Part shown: positions 34,584-43,585 of the stretch, in pieces
How the letters are laid out: each line of letters opens with the position of its first letter
How positions within the stretch are numbered: position 1 is the first letter of the stretch
Origin: an uncultured Candidatus Bathyarchaeia archaeon
GTDB taxonomy: Archaea; Thermoproteota; Bathyarchaeia; TCS64
Assembly (NCBI GenBank): GCA_964529745.1
Contig: CAZGZR010000003.1
Coordinates: 1,420 to 65,419 of the forward strand
Length of the DNA stretch: 64,000 nucleotides
Direction: 5' to 3'
Program-made: the position numbers and the translations under genes
Notes under the pieces: model-generated
What the model saw: only the letters and a program-made list of their open reading frames with translations
Told to the model about the DNA's origin: nothing
Database searches by the model: none

Positions 34584-35942
34584 GTGAATGGCCTAAGCAT
34601 AAACGCGAGGCAGACAGCCCACGGCTTCGAGATTCTCTTCCGTGGCTCCAAGTACGTCATGAACTATCCTGACGAGATATGGCAGGCGTACCCGCAGGAG
34701 GCCAAGGACATTCTCTTCGACAACCTGGTCTACGCCGAGACTGTCCACCTCCCCCTGACCTTCAGGAAACGCGAGATCAGGTTCAACACGTCTCCCCCGT
34801 TCTTCCAGACCCAGTTCTTCCAGAACATGGTCATGGACCTCCCCAGCTGCGCCGACGTGGACGGCACCTACACCTCGGAGCTCCTGAAGGAGTTCATGAA
34901 CCTGAAGACGAGGTTCAAGGACAACGAGATAAAGATCCCCGCCTTCAAGGACGAGACCCGCGAGGACTCAAGCGTTGTGAGCCTCAGCTTCGGCAAGGAC
35001 AGCCTCCTGACTTGGGCGGTTTGTCGAGAGCTGGGCCTTAATCCCCAGGCGGCGTACATCGTGGAGCCCGTGCTGCTCTACGAGGAGAAGCACAAGGACA
35101 AGCTGGCCAAGGAGTTCCAGAAGGAGTTCGGCGTGGAGCTCCAGAAGATAGAGCACACCATGGGCAACCTGAGGGACGGGCTCAGGCTGGGCGTCGGCAA
35201 GACCGAGCTGGGCTGGGGCCTCCAATCCACCCAGTACGCCATGATGATACTGCCCATCGCCCACATGTTCAGGAGCAGGTACATCCTCTTCGGCAACGAG
35301 CAGAGCTGCGGCGAGTACTACCACGACAGGGAGGGCTACGTCTGCTACCCCGCCTACGACCAGTGCCACATCTGGACGACCCAGATCGACCTCATCACCA
35401 GGCAGCTGAGCGGAGGCGGCGTGCGCACCATGAGCGTCATCGAGCCGCTGAACGACATCGCCGTCGTCTACACGCTCTACAAGAGGTACCCCGAGGTGTC
35501 CAAGTACCACATGAGCTGCTTCGTGGAGACCGAGGCGGGCAGAGACCACCGGTGGTGCATGGACTGCAGCGTCTGCAGCAAGATGTACCTCCTCATCAAG
35601 GCCTCGGGCTTCGACCCGAGGAAGGTGGGCCTGAACCGCAACATGCTCACCGAGGAGATGAAGGACTACTTCAGCCTCTTCGGCGGAAGCGACGTCAACA
35701 CCTACGCCCTCACGGGGAGGGGACGCGACGAGCAGCTCTTCGCGTTCTACCTAGCGTGGAGGAACGGCGACAGGAGCCCCCTGGTAGAGGAGTTCGAGAA
35801 ACGGTTCCTCGACGAGGCCAAGGGCAGGGAGGACGAGCTCTACAAGACCTTCTTCGAGATACAAGAGTCCATAACGTTGCCCAGCCACATCAAGAGCCAG
35901 GCGGAGAGCATCTACAGGGAGGTTCTGAGCGACGTCCCCTAG
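34584..35942 (+). CDS. QueC-like PP-loop ATPase (7-cyano-7-deazaguanine synthase family core) with extra N- and C-terminal domains
   Basis: PP-loop SFGKDS at aa 135-140; central YP..D.C segment; Zn motif C-x12-C-x2-C-x2-C then K.SGF about 175-190 aa later, as in QueC; about 130-aa N-terminal and 110-aa C-terminal extensions unrecognised. Confidence 0.55.
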   Translation: MNGLSINARQTAHGFEILFRGSKYVMNYPDEIWQAYPQEAKDILFDNLVYAETVHLPLTFRKREIRFNTSPPFFQTQFFQNMVMDLPSCADVDGTYTSELLKEFMNLKTRFKDNEIKIPAFKDETREDSSVVSLSFGKDSLLTWAVCRELGLNPQAAYIVEPVLLYEEKHKDKLAKEFQKEFGVELQKIEHTMGNLRDGLRLGVGKTELGWGLQSTQYAMMILPIAHMFRSRYILFGNEQSCGEYYHDREGYVCYPAYDQCHIWTTQIDLITRQLSGGGVRTMSVIEPLNDIAVVYTLYKRYPEVSKYHMSCFVETEAGRDHRWCMDCSVCSKMYLLIKASGFDPRKVGLNRNMLTEEMKDYFSLFGGSDVNTYALTGRGRDEQLFAFYLAWRNGDRSPLVEEFEKRFLDEAKGREDELYKTFFEIQESITLPSHIKSQAESIYREVLSDVP

Positions 35943-35949
35943 GCTGCGG

Positions 35950-36996
35950 GTGGCCTTCTGCTGCAACACGAGGGTCGCGGACGATGAGTTCAACGTCGAG
36001 TTCGAGCCCGAGGAGACCATCGAACACGTCAGGAACGGCATAGAGAGAGCGGGCTGGGAGTACCTGCTCATCGAGGCTGACGAGGACTGCTACGAGAACC
36101 TGAGGCTCGAGAACCCGGACATGGTGTTCAACAGGGCGGAGGGCTTGAGGGGTGAGAGCAGGGAGAGCCACGTCCCGGCGTTCTGCGAGATGCTGGGCAT
36201 CCCATACGTCGGCTCGGGGATAATGGCCAACGCCATCGGCCTCGACAAGCCCACCACCAAGATGATAATAGAGCACCACGGCCTCAAGACGGCTCCGTTC
36301 CAGGTGTTCGACGCCCCCGATGAGCCCATGCGGCGGGGCCTCAGCTATCCCCTGATCCTGAAGCCCAGCCACGAGGGCAGCAGCATAGGTATCAACTGGG
36401 ACAACGTGGTTTACGACGAGGATGCCTTCAGGGAGAAGCTGGGGGAGATGCTCCGGGTCTACAAGCAGCCTATACTCGTGGAGAGGTTCATCGACGGCCG
36501 CGAGTTCAGCGTCGGGCTGGTAGGCAACTATCTCGACGAGGAGGAGCCGACGGTGCTGCCCGTTCTGGAGGTGGACTTCAGCGGCTTCCCGCCTGAGCTT
36601 GGAAGGGTCCTGGGCCAGAAGGCCAAGAGCGTCTTCGACGACAGCAGCAACTACAAGTGCCCAGCCAAGATCGATGGGGCGCTGAGAAGGCGTCTCGAGG
36701 CCCACGCCAAGGCCAGCTATAAGGCGCTGGGCTGCCTCGACTGGGCCCGGCTGGACTACCGGCTGGACGCCGACGGTGAGCTCTATTTCCTGGAGGTGAA
36801 CACGCTGCCTGGCATCGACTACGACGTGGTGAGGGACGAGCTGAGCTTCTACCCCATGATGTGGGTGGCGGCGGGCAAGACCTACGATGACATGGTACGG
36901 GAGGTAATACAGGCCGCCTTACGCAGGTACGGCATCATCGACACCGGCAAAACCGAGCCCCATATCTCCGAGGACAAGCCTAGCTACATCACATAG
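35950..36996 (+). CDS. D-alanine--D-alanine ligase-family ATP-grasp ligase, N-terminally truncated (Ddl-like / L-amino-acid ligase-like)
   Basis: GLRGESRESHVPAFCEMLGIPYVGSGIMANAIGLDKPTTKMI matches the Ddl central motif; ATP-grasp SYPLILKPSHEGSSIGI and ELYFLEVNTLPG; GTG start. Confidence 0.7.
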   Translation: MAFCCNTRVADDEFNVEFEPEETIEHVRNGIERAGWEYLLIEADEDCYENLRLENPDMVFNRAEGLRGESRESHVPAFCEMLGIPYVGSGIMANAIGLDKPTTKMIIEHHGLKTAPFQVFDAPDEPMRRGLSYPLILKPSHEGSSIGINWDNVVYDEDAFREKLGEMLRVYKQPILVERFIDGREFSVGLVGNYLDEEEPTVLPVLEVDFSGFPPELGRVLGQKAKSVFDDSSNYKCPAKIDGALRRRLEAHAKASYKALGCLDWARLDYRLDADGELYFLEVNTLPGIDYDVVRDELSFYPMMWVAAGKTYDDMVREVIQAALRRYGIIDTGKTEPHISEDKPSYIT

Positions 36997-37049
36997 TGAT
37001 CGCCGTCTCATCGGTAAACCCTATTATCCGCCGGAGCTGAACCGTATCC

Positions 37050-37304
37050 GTGGACGCTTCAACCATCGAAAACAGGCGCAGCATAATGGAGGTTCTCTAC
37101 AGACATAGGGCCTCGGGTGGGGGCCCCGTGAGCCTGGAGGAAATGGGATCGCTGGGCTTCATCGATGCCGGGAGGCTGCGCGAGGACATGGAGTACCTCG
37201 AAGCGTTAGACTACGTGGAGCTCATCGACGGACGCGTCGCCCTCACCGACCTGGGCTTCACGGTGATGGACAACCGTGAGTTCAGCTTCTGCCCACACCT
37301 CTGA
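37050..37304 (+). CDS. small winged-helix-like protein (possible transcriptional regulator); start uncertain (GTG 37050 or ATG 37086)
   Basis: RRSIMEVLYRHRASGGGPVSLEEM...LEALDYVELIDGRVALTDLG resembles a wH DNA-binding fold. Confidence 0.35.
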   Translation: MDASTIENRRSIMEVLYRHRASGGGPVSLEEMGSLGFIDAGRLREDMEYLEALDYVELIDGRVALTDLGFTVMDNREFSFCPHL

Positions 37305-38166
37305 GGCCAGAGAGCTGCACGATCAAGACTCCCACGAAGACGGCGACCATCCCCAGCAGCTTCACGGCGGTAAGCGTCTCGTCTAGGAAAATCACGGACA
37401 GCACCGCTATCTGTATGAGCATCGTGTTCTGCAGGATCGATATCTCGAAGGCTTCAACCCTCTGAAGCGCGTGGTTCCACAGGAAGAACGCGGCAGCCGT
37501 GTTCACCACCCCGAGCCAGAGCACTATACCCCAGCCGCTGGGGCTCAGCGCGGAGAAGCCCTCGAAGACCCAAGCCGATCCCGCAATGAAGACGGTGCCT
37601 ACGCCCATGGCGAACGCAGACAATCCCAGGGGGCCGATGTCCCCCGGCTTGAAGAAGGCTCGGCTGGCGACCAGGTACGCAGCCCACCCGAGCCCCGAGG
37701 CCAAGGTTAAGGCCAGGCCAGTCAGGCTGTCGGCGGGGACTTCCCCGAAGTATATGTAGGCGCCGGCGATGACGAGAGCGATGCCGGCTACCTGCCGCGA
37801 TGTCGGCGGCGTCCGGAGGAAGACGAGCCCCAGGATGAGGACCATGACCGGGGTGAAGTTGAGGATGAAGGTCACCGTGACCGCGGGGAGGTGGTAAAGC
37901 CCGAGGCACTGCAGCCCCTGCGCGACGGAGTAGCCAGTTACTCCGAGGAACACCAGTTTGAGGGTGGTCCTCCGGTCCAGCGCCCTGTGTTCGCCTCGCA
38001 GCACCGCAATGGGCACTAGGACGAGGGAAGCGACCATGTAGCGGAGGGAGACAAGCAGGAGGGGGCTGATCTCCGTGAGCCCTATCTTGGTGAGTATGTA
38101 GCTGGTGGACCAGAGAAACGTCACGAGGAGCGCCTCTAGGAGCGCTCCGAGCCTTCCCTGAGCCAT
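37282..38166 (-). CDS. DMT-superfamily (EamA-like) transporter
   Basis: Ten TM helices in two EamA repeats. Confidence 0.75.
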   Translation of the reverse strand: MAQGRLGALLEALLVTFLWSTSYILTKIGLTEISPLLLVSLRYMVASLVLVPIAVLRGEHRALDRRTTLKLVFLGVTGYSVAQGLQCLGLYHLPAVTVTFILNFTPVMVLILGLVFLRTPPTSRQVAGIALVIAGAYIYFGEVPADSLTGLALTLASGLGWAAYLVASRAFFKPGDIGPLGLSAFAMGVGTVFIAGSAWVFEGFSALSPSGWGIVLWLGVVNTAAAFFLWNHALQRVEAFEISILQNTMLIQIAVLSVIFLDETLTAVKLLGMVAVFVGVLIVQLSGLRGVGRS

Positions 38167-38256
38167 TTGTGTTGCATTGTCTACGCCTCTATTTAAGCGG
38201 CTTCCTGAACCGGCGTCTGCGAAAGTCTATATCGAGCAGTCTCCAATACTCCCTGT

Positions 38257-38715
38257 ATGAACGTCGAAGAGAGAATGAAGGAGCTCGGCATCGAGCTACC
38301 AGAGGCACCGGCGCCCAAGGGCAACTATATAGGAGCCAAGTGGGCGGGCAAAATCGCCTTCAGCTGCGGCCAGGGTCCCTTCACCACCACGAAACGCGGC
38401 ATGGTCGGCAAGGACCTGACCATCGAGGAGGGCTACCAGGGGGCGAGGGAGACCGCGATGAACTGCCTGGCCCAGCTCAAGAAGCAGCTGGGCAGCCTGG
38501 ACAGGATCAAGCAGGTGCTCCAGGTGGTGGGGTTCATCAATAGCGCGGAGGGCTTCATGGATCAGCCCAAGGTGCTCAACGGGTTCACTGATCTCCTCAT
38601 CGAGATATGGGGCGAATACGAGGGCAGGCCCGCGCGTGCGGCGCTGCCGGCTCACCACCCCGGCTGGATATGCGTCGAGGCTTGGATGGTGGTGGAGCTA
38701 CACCCAGAGGATTAG
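38257..38715 (+). CDS. RidA/YjgF-family (Rid) protein
   Basis: YjgF chorismate-mutase-like fold pattern (G.IAFSCGQGP...GF.DLLIEIWGE...PARAALP). Confidence 0.7.
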   Translation: MNVEERMKELGIELPEAPAPKGNYIGAKWAGKIAFSCGQGPFTTTKRGMVGKDLTIEEGYQGARETAMNCLAQLKKQLGSLDRIKQVLQVVGFINSAEGFMDQPKVLNGFTDLLIEIWGEYEGRPARAALPAHHPGWICVEAWMVVELHPED

Positions 38716-38769
38716 CCCTTTTTCTTCATCCCTGTTTTATTCTCGTTCTCCCAATTACTCGTGGTTGCT

Positions 38770-39600
38770 ATGGGTAGGCTTGAGGGTAAGGTGGCGGTGA
38801 TCACTGGCGGCGCCTCGGGCATCGGGGAGGCTTCTGTTAGGCTATTCGTCGAGGAGGGTGCCGAGGTCGTGGTCGCGGACGTTCAGGACGAGAGAGGTAG
38901 GAGAATAGCTGAGGAGACGGGCGCGGAGTACGTGCACGCGGACGTGACCCGGGAGGAGGACGTCGAGTCCGCGGTCTCCCACGCAGTAGACGCGTATGGT
39001 CGCCTCGACTGCATGTTCAACAACGCGGGGATCGCGGGGGCGGTAGGCCCCATCGAGTCCGTCACCGTCGAGGCTTTCGACAGGACGGTTGCCGTTATTC
39101 TTAGGGGCGTCTTCCTCGGCGTCAAGCACGCCGCCCCTGTCATGCGAGGCCAGGGAGGCGGCAGCATCATAAACACGGCGAGCGTCGCGGCCATAAGGAC
39201 GGGATACGGGAACCATGTCTACAGCGCCGCCAAGGCAGGGGTGGTGCAGTTCACGAAGTCGGTGGCCATGGAGCTGGGTGAGGACAACGTGAGGGTTAAC
39301 TGCATCCTACCCGGGTTCATACCCACCCCCATGATCGCCATTGCGAGGGGTGTACCCGTAGAGGAGGCCGAGGCCAAGCTCGGCGTCATAACCGAATCGT
39401 TCAGGGAGGCCCAGCCCCTCAGGCGGCCGGGGCGCCCAGACGACGTAGCCAAGGCGGCTCTCTGGCTGGCGAGCGACGACTCCAGCTTCGTCAACGGCCA
39501 CGCCTTGGCTGTTGACGGAGGTGTCTCTTGCGGCAGGATGTGGAGCGACTACCAGGAGGCCATCGAGGGCCTTGAGAGGAGGCTTGACCTCAGGCGCTGA
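38770..39600 (+). CDS. short-chain dehydrogenase/reductase (SDR) family oxidoreductase
   Basis: TGGASGIG Rossmann motif, NNAG, and catalytic YSAAK. Confidence 0.8.
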   Translation: MGRLEGKVAVITGGASGIGEASVRLFVEEGAEVVVADVQDERGRRIAEETGAEYVHADVTREEDVESAVSHAVDAYGRLDCMFNNAGIAGAVGPIESVTVEAFDRTVAVILRGVFLGVKHAAPVMRGQGGGSIINTASVAAIRTGYGNHVYSAAKAGVVQFTKSVAMELGEDNVRVNCILPGFIPTPMIAIARGVPVEEAEAKLGVITESFREAQPLRRPGRPDDVAKAALWLASDDSSFVNGHALAVDGGVSCGRMWSDYQEAIEGLERRLDLRR

Positions 39601-39931
39601 TTCTTTTCCGGAGGTCATCCAGCTCGGCCTCAGCGCTCTCGTTGAGCTGGATGAGCCTGCTTTTCCTCCACTGAATGCGGGCTTCCATGAACTTCTCGGG
39701 TTCGGGGGGATCGGGGAAATGAGGCGCCGAAGGGTCATCTATTTCTCTCTGGAAGAGGCTACCGAAATCGGCTGAGTGGCTGCCTGCCTCCACGAGTCTA
39801 TTGATGCGTTCCCTGCACAAGGCGCAACTCTCGACGTGTTCCAGTAGGTTGAGCTCGATGTGGTTCTCAACTATGAACTTTAAGTAGCTTCCTTCGAGGC
39901 GGCGGAGGTTCAGCTGTTCGCAGTCTTCCAT
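39590..39931 (-). CDS. zf-HC2 (ZAS anti-sigma-factor-like) zinc-binding domain protein, soluble, 113 aa
   Basis: MEDCEQLNLRRLEGSYLKF...LEHVESCALCRERINRL gives C...H-x3-C-x2-C with the flanking hydrophobic pattern of RsrA-type ZAS domains. Confidence 0.45.
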   Translation of the reverse strand: MEDCEQLNLRRLEGSYLKFIVENHIELNLLEHVESCALCRERINRLVEAGSHSADFGSLFQREIDDPSAPHFPDPPEPEKFMEARIQWRKSRLIQLNESAEAELDDLRKRISA

Positions 39932-39961
39932 GTCTTAGTAACCGGTGCAGCCCCAGTTTAA

Positions 39962-40297
39962 TCATTGGATCGGCTCAAGGTTCTCGGTCGGTATCCAGCC
40001 TTCCCTGTCTCGGTCTCTGCAGAGGGTCCAGTACTTCACCTCGGTGACATACTCGAATACCTCCCCAGGCTCCACGGTGAGCTCCCTGGTGTCGTAGTCA
40101 GTGGTTATGGTGCCTTCCTCGCCGTCGATTCTCAGGTACTCCTCCGGTATCCACGACCTTACGCCCTCGCGGTTCTCGCCCCAGTACCAGCCGGGCATCT
40201 CGGGGTCCTCGCGCCCCACCTTCACCTTCTCGCCTCTCTTGAAGACGACGTTGTAGTCGAAGGACGCGCTGTGGGGCTTCACCACCCTGAGCTTCAT
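39962..40297 (-). CDS. tandem SH3-like domain protein; start at MKLRVV (track ORF extends to 40408)
   Basis: Two repeats of the ...F..GE.V.V......GW.....EG..GWIP..YL motif; 30 nt upstream of the ZAS-like gene on the same strand. Confidence 0.45.
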   Translation of the reverse strand: MKLRVVKPHSASFDYNVVFKRGEKVKVGREDPEMPGWYWGENREGVRSWIPEEYLRIDGEEGTITTDYDTRELTVEPGEVFEYVTEVKYWTLCRDRDREGWIPTENLEPIQ

Positions 40298-40419
40298 GGC
40301 TTCCTCGTCGCCGGTGACTGATTTAAGATGTGTGGGAATGCGGTGCCCATACGCCCAACTGTTCGGGCGTATACAATTAAATTGATGCGATTGCCTCTGG
40401 TAATCCAAGGGTGAGCTGC

Positions 40420-40803
40420 ATGAAGCCTTTGATGAAGATCTTAGTCGCCTACGACGGTTCGGTACACGCCGAAAAAGCCCTCGGTGAGGCCATTGACCTG
40501 GCTCAGAAGTTTAAGGGGTCCATAACGGTCCTCTACGTCGCCTGGGAGAAATCCGACGAAGACAGCCACGTTCTTCTGCTTAACGCTGAGGAGAGACTGA
40601 AGAAGGCCGGGGTAAAACACACGCTCAGGGTCGAGAGGAGCAACTACACGCCCAGGATCATAGTGCGTACGGCCATGGACGAGGCGTTCGACCTGATAAC
40701 CATAGGAAGCAGGGGCATCGGGGGAGGAAAGGGTTGGATACTCGGCTCTGTTTCCAGCAGGGTGATAGAGGAGGCACCCTGCCCCGTCTTAGTGGTCAAG
40801 TAA
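40420..40803 (+). CDS. universal stress protein UspA family
   Basis: MKILVAYDGS...ITIGSRGIGGGKGWILGSVSSRVIEEAPCPVLVVK. Confidence 0.8.
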   Translation: MKPLMKILVAYDGSVHAEKALGEAIDLAQKFKGSITVLYVAWEKSDEDSHVLLLNAEERLKKAGVKHTLRVERSNYTPRIIVRTAMDEAFDLITIGSRGIGGGKGWILGSVSSRVIEEAPCPVLVVK

Positions 40804-40858
40804 CCTGAGCAAGCCTATCTTTTTCATATTCTTATAGATGGTTTACATTGAACCCTGG

Positions 40859-41512
40859 CTATTTAGGTAAATAACTTTGCCACCAGCTTGGGAGATTAAC
40901 CATCCTGACTCCCTCCTTGGTTATCAGGGTTGGAGCTGAGGGTCGCAGCTCTACGACGAAGCCGTCCAGGAAGCTGATCCAGTCGGTGGGGGGCGGTAAC
41001 TCGAACCAGTGGTGCATGAGGGCGGCGACCCACGTGTCGTGACTGACCAGCACGTGGAACGAGCCTTCCTGGAGATCCTCAAGCATTGTCCGCGCCACCA
41101 TCTGGGCGAACTCCAAGGACGGGCGAACCATGGAGGCTGGGTAGAGCCCATCGAGCCAGTGGTTCAGGTAAGTCAAGGCGCTTTCGTCGGTGTCCTCGAC
41201 TTTTTGACGCCTGGACTGCTCATGATAGAAGCCCTCTGGGTCTAGGATGGTGTCCACGGGTATCGTGCCGGCCAGCCTGCACTCGGCCTCAACGCTCTCA
41301 AGCCCCGACTTAACGGCCAGGCACGTCTCCCTCGATCTCTCGATGTAGGTGTGCCAGAGCCGGTACCTCATGCCTGGGGGGAGGCTGGCCCCGAACTCGT
41401 AAGCCGCCCTCAACCCCTGCTCCGTCGAGCGCGGATCTTCCCTCGGCGACGCTCTCGGCCGCTCAGTGTGACGAATGTGCATTATGGCTGGGTGAACCCC
41501 GGACAGCTTCAT
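40859..41512 (-). CDS. histidine phosphatase superfamily (branch 1) protein
   Basis: IRHTE (RHxE) catalytic motif near the N-terminus and a downstream SHD His; start at MKLSGVHPAIMHIRHTERP. Confidence 0.6.
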   Translation of the reverse strand: MKLSGVHPAIMHIRHTERPRASPREDPRSTEQGLRAAYEFGASLPPGMRYRLWHTYIERSRETCLAVKSGLESVEAECRLAGTIPVDTILDPEGFYHEQSRRQKVEDTDESALTYLNHWLDGLYPASMVRPSLEFAQMVARTMLEDLQEGSFHVLVSHDTWVAALMHHWFELPPPTDWISFLDGFVVELRPSAPTLITKEGVRMVNLPSWWQSYLPK

Positions 41513-41642
41513 CGAGTGCTCCAGTATGATCCGGGCTGGTCTGCACCATCTCTGTGTCCGTAAAACGCTCTTCACCATCAGACCGCCTAGACTAATTATT
41601 GCTTGTACTGCTGAAAAAAATAGGGTTGTAGAAGGATGGGTG

Positions 41643-43085
41643 CTACCAGGCGTCGGTGCGCTCAAGGAACGCCTTGGTGTCGGGGTGTATCTTCTCGTAG
41701 TTCTCCCTGATGTACTCCCTCATCTGGTCCGCGAGGGCCACCGTCTTGTCGTAGCCCTGCTCCTCGATGAAGGCCTCGATCTCCTCCTGGGTCTTCCTCC
41801 GCGGGTTCCAGTCGTCCTCGTTGGCGACCCTGAACAGGAACCTCGTGTAGTTTGCCGCCGCAAGCCGCAGGTAGGTGAGATCCACCTTGTCCAGCGTGTC
41901 GTACCGGGTGTGGCCGTAGCCTCTTCCGGTCCTCGTTCTTCTGGCCTCGGGGTCGCTGCCGCTGCCGCATGGCACCGAGTTGAGGAAGAAGGGCCAGTGG
42001 TCGCTGTAGGGGCTCACCATCTGGTCTGTAGGTATGTATGCCTTCATCTCCTCGGCCCACTTCGACGCGAGGGGCTCCAGCTCGGGGAAGTCGTGGAAGG
42101 TGACGCCTTTCTTGCCCTCTCTGCCGCCAGCGTCAAGGTTAAGCATGAACCTGCACTTATCCAGTTCCGCCTCGTGGTCTCGGGCGTAGGCCCTGCTGCC
42201 GTAGAGCCCTATCTCCTCGGCGCCGAAGCAGATGCAACGGACCCGGCGTTTGAGTTTATCCTTGACCTTGACAAGATTAAGGCCGATCTCCATCACGGTC
42301 ACGGTGCCCGACGCGGGATCTACGGCACCCTGGCTGATGTCGTGGCCGTCGTAGTGGCTGCCGACGACGACATACTCGTCGTCCACGGGCTTCTTGGGCG
42401 CCACATCAGCGATCACGTTGTATGTGACGGTGGGGTGGTTCTTGTCGGTGGTCTTGATCCTGACCACAACCTCCCCCTCCCGCTTCAGGAGGCGGCTGAG
42501 GAAGCTACCGTCCTCGTACGATATGCCCACCGCCGGGATCACGGGGCTGATTCCGCCCGTAGGTGGCCCGTAGGCCGGGTAGTGGTTCATGAATATCCAG
42601 CCCTTGGCGCCAGCCATGACGCTGCGCATGTACTTCTCGCTCCTGTGGAGGAACCTCTTCATGCCCAGGGGGTTGGCGCTGGTGACCATCACCACGCTGC
42701 CCTCTATCTCGTCTTTCCGCTTCTCGTAGTCGTCGATGGCGCCGTCGCCGAGGAAGACAAGCTTGGCCTCGACGGTGTCGCCGATGCTGTGGGGGAGGCT
42801 GATGACGTCGAAGCTCTTCTCTATGGGGCTCACGACCTCCAGCGTCGCGGGGCCGCGGGTCCACCCCGCGATGGTGTACTCCTCATGGTGGACGTTCTCG
42901 CAGCCGTACTCCTTGAACTTCTCCACCATGTAGTCCACGCTGCCCTTGTCGCCCGGGGTGCCAGGGAACCTGCTGCCGTGGACGTCGCACAGGACCTCCA
43001 GGTTATCCATGGGCTCCGAGCTCGTGTAGATCTCGGCCATGACCTTCTTGTCGACATCCAAATATGGGTTAACCAAAACTCTCAC
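41643..43085 (-). CDS. M28-family aminopeptidase with PA-like insert (copy A)
   Basis: M28 metal ligands (HYDGHD, D, EE, D...H) and an N-terminal PA-like domain. Confidence 0.75.
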   Translation of the reverse strand: MRVLVNPYLDVDKKVMAEIYTSSEPMDNLEVLCDVHGSRFPGTPGDKGSVDYMVEKFKEYGCENVHHEEYTIAGWTRGPATLEVVSPIEKSFDVISLPHSIGDTVEAKLVFLGDGAIDDYEKRKDEIEGSVVMVTSANPLGMKRFLHRSEKYMRSVMAGAKGWIFMNHYPAYGPPTGGISPVIPAVGISYEDGSFLSRLLKREGEVVVRIKTTDKNHPTVTYNVIADVAPKKPVDDEYVVVGSHYDGHDISQGAVDPASGTVTVMEIGLNLVKVKDKLKRRVRCICFGAEEIGLYGSRAYARDHEAELDKCRFMLNLDAGGREGKKGVTFHDFPELEPLASKWAEEMKAYIPTDQMVSPYSDHWPFFLNSVPCGSGSDPEARRTRTGRGYGHTRYDTLDKVDLTYLRLAAANYTRFLFRVANEDDWNPRRKTQEEIEAFIEEQGYDKTVALADQMREYIRENYEKIHPDTKAFLERTDAW

Positions 43086-43138
43086 CGAGGAAAAGACGGC
43101 TGCACGAGATATAAGACTATCAATACTACCTCGGTGGG

Positions 43139-43465
43139 TCAGTCTCCCCGGCTCTTTAACGCACGGGGCTCGAAGAGGAGCACGATCGAAGGCTCCGGGC
43201 TCTCGGGACGGTGCTCAACGCCCTTAGGCACGACGCATAGCTGCCCCTCCCCTAGAACCACGTCAGGCTGAGCCCTCAACCTTATGGTGATACCACCCTT
43301 GGCGACGTAGAACAGCTCGTCCTCCTCCGTGTGCCTATGCCAGTGGTACTCGCCGTGGAACAGCGCCAACCTGATGACTTGGTCGTTGATGTACGCCACG
43401 TTGAGAGGCGACCAGGGCTCGGTTATCTCCGCGGCTTTCTCACCGACGTCGACTACAGTAATCAT
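43139..43465 (-). CDS. cupin-domain protein
   Basis: Cupin motifs G(x)5HxH...E and PxGxxH (FHGEYHWHRHTEEDELFYVAKG...PKGVEH). Confidence 0.6.
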   Translation of the reverse strand: MITVVDVGEKAAEITEPWSPLNVAYINDQVIRLALFHGEYHWHRHTEEDELFYVAKGGITIRLRAQPDVVLGEGQLCVVPKGVEHRPESPEPSIVLLFEPRALKSRGD

Positions 43466-43585
43466 GAAGAGAGAATGATCGCACGTCTAAAAAAGGCGAC
43501 GATAAACGCGCCTGCCTTCACATCAACATAGATTTATATTGGCGGTCGGCATTCTACGGGTCCACATGACCAGCGGTGCCGAGAC

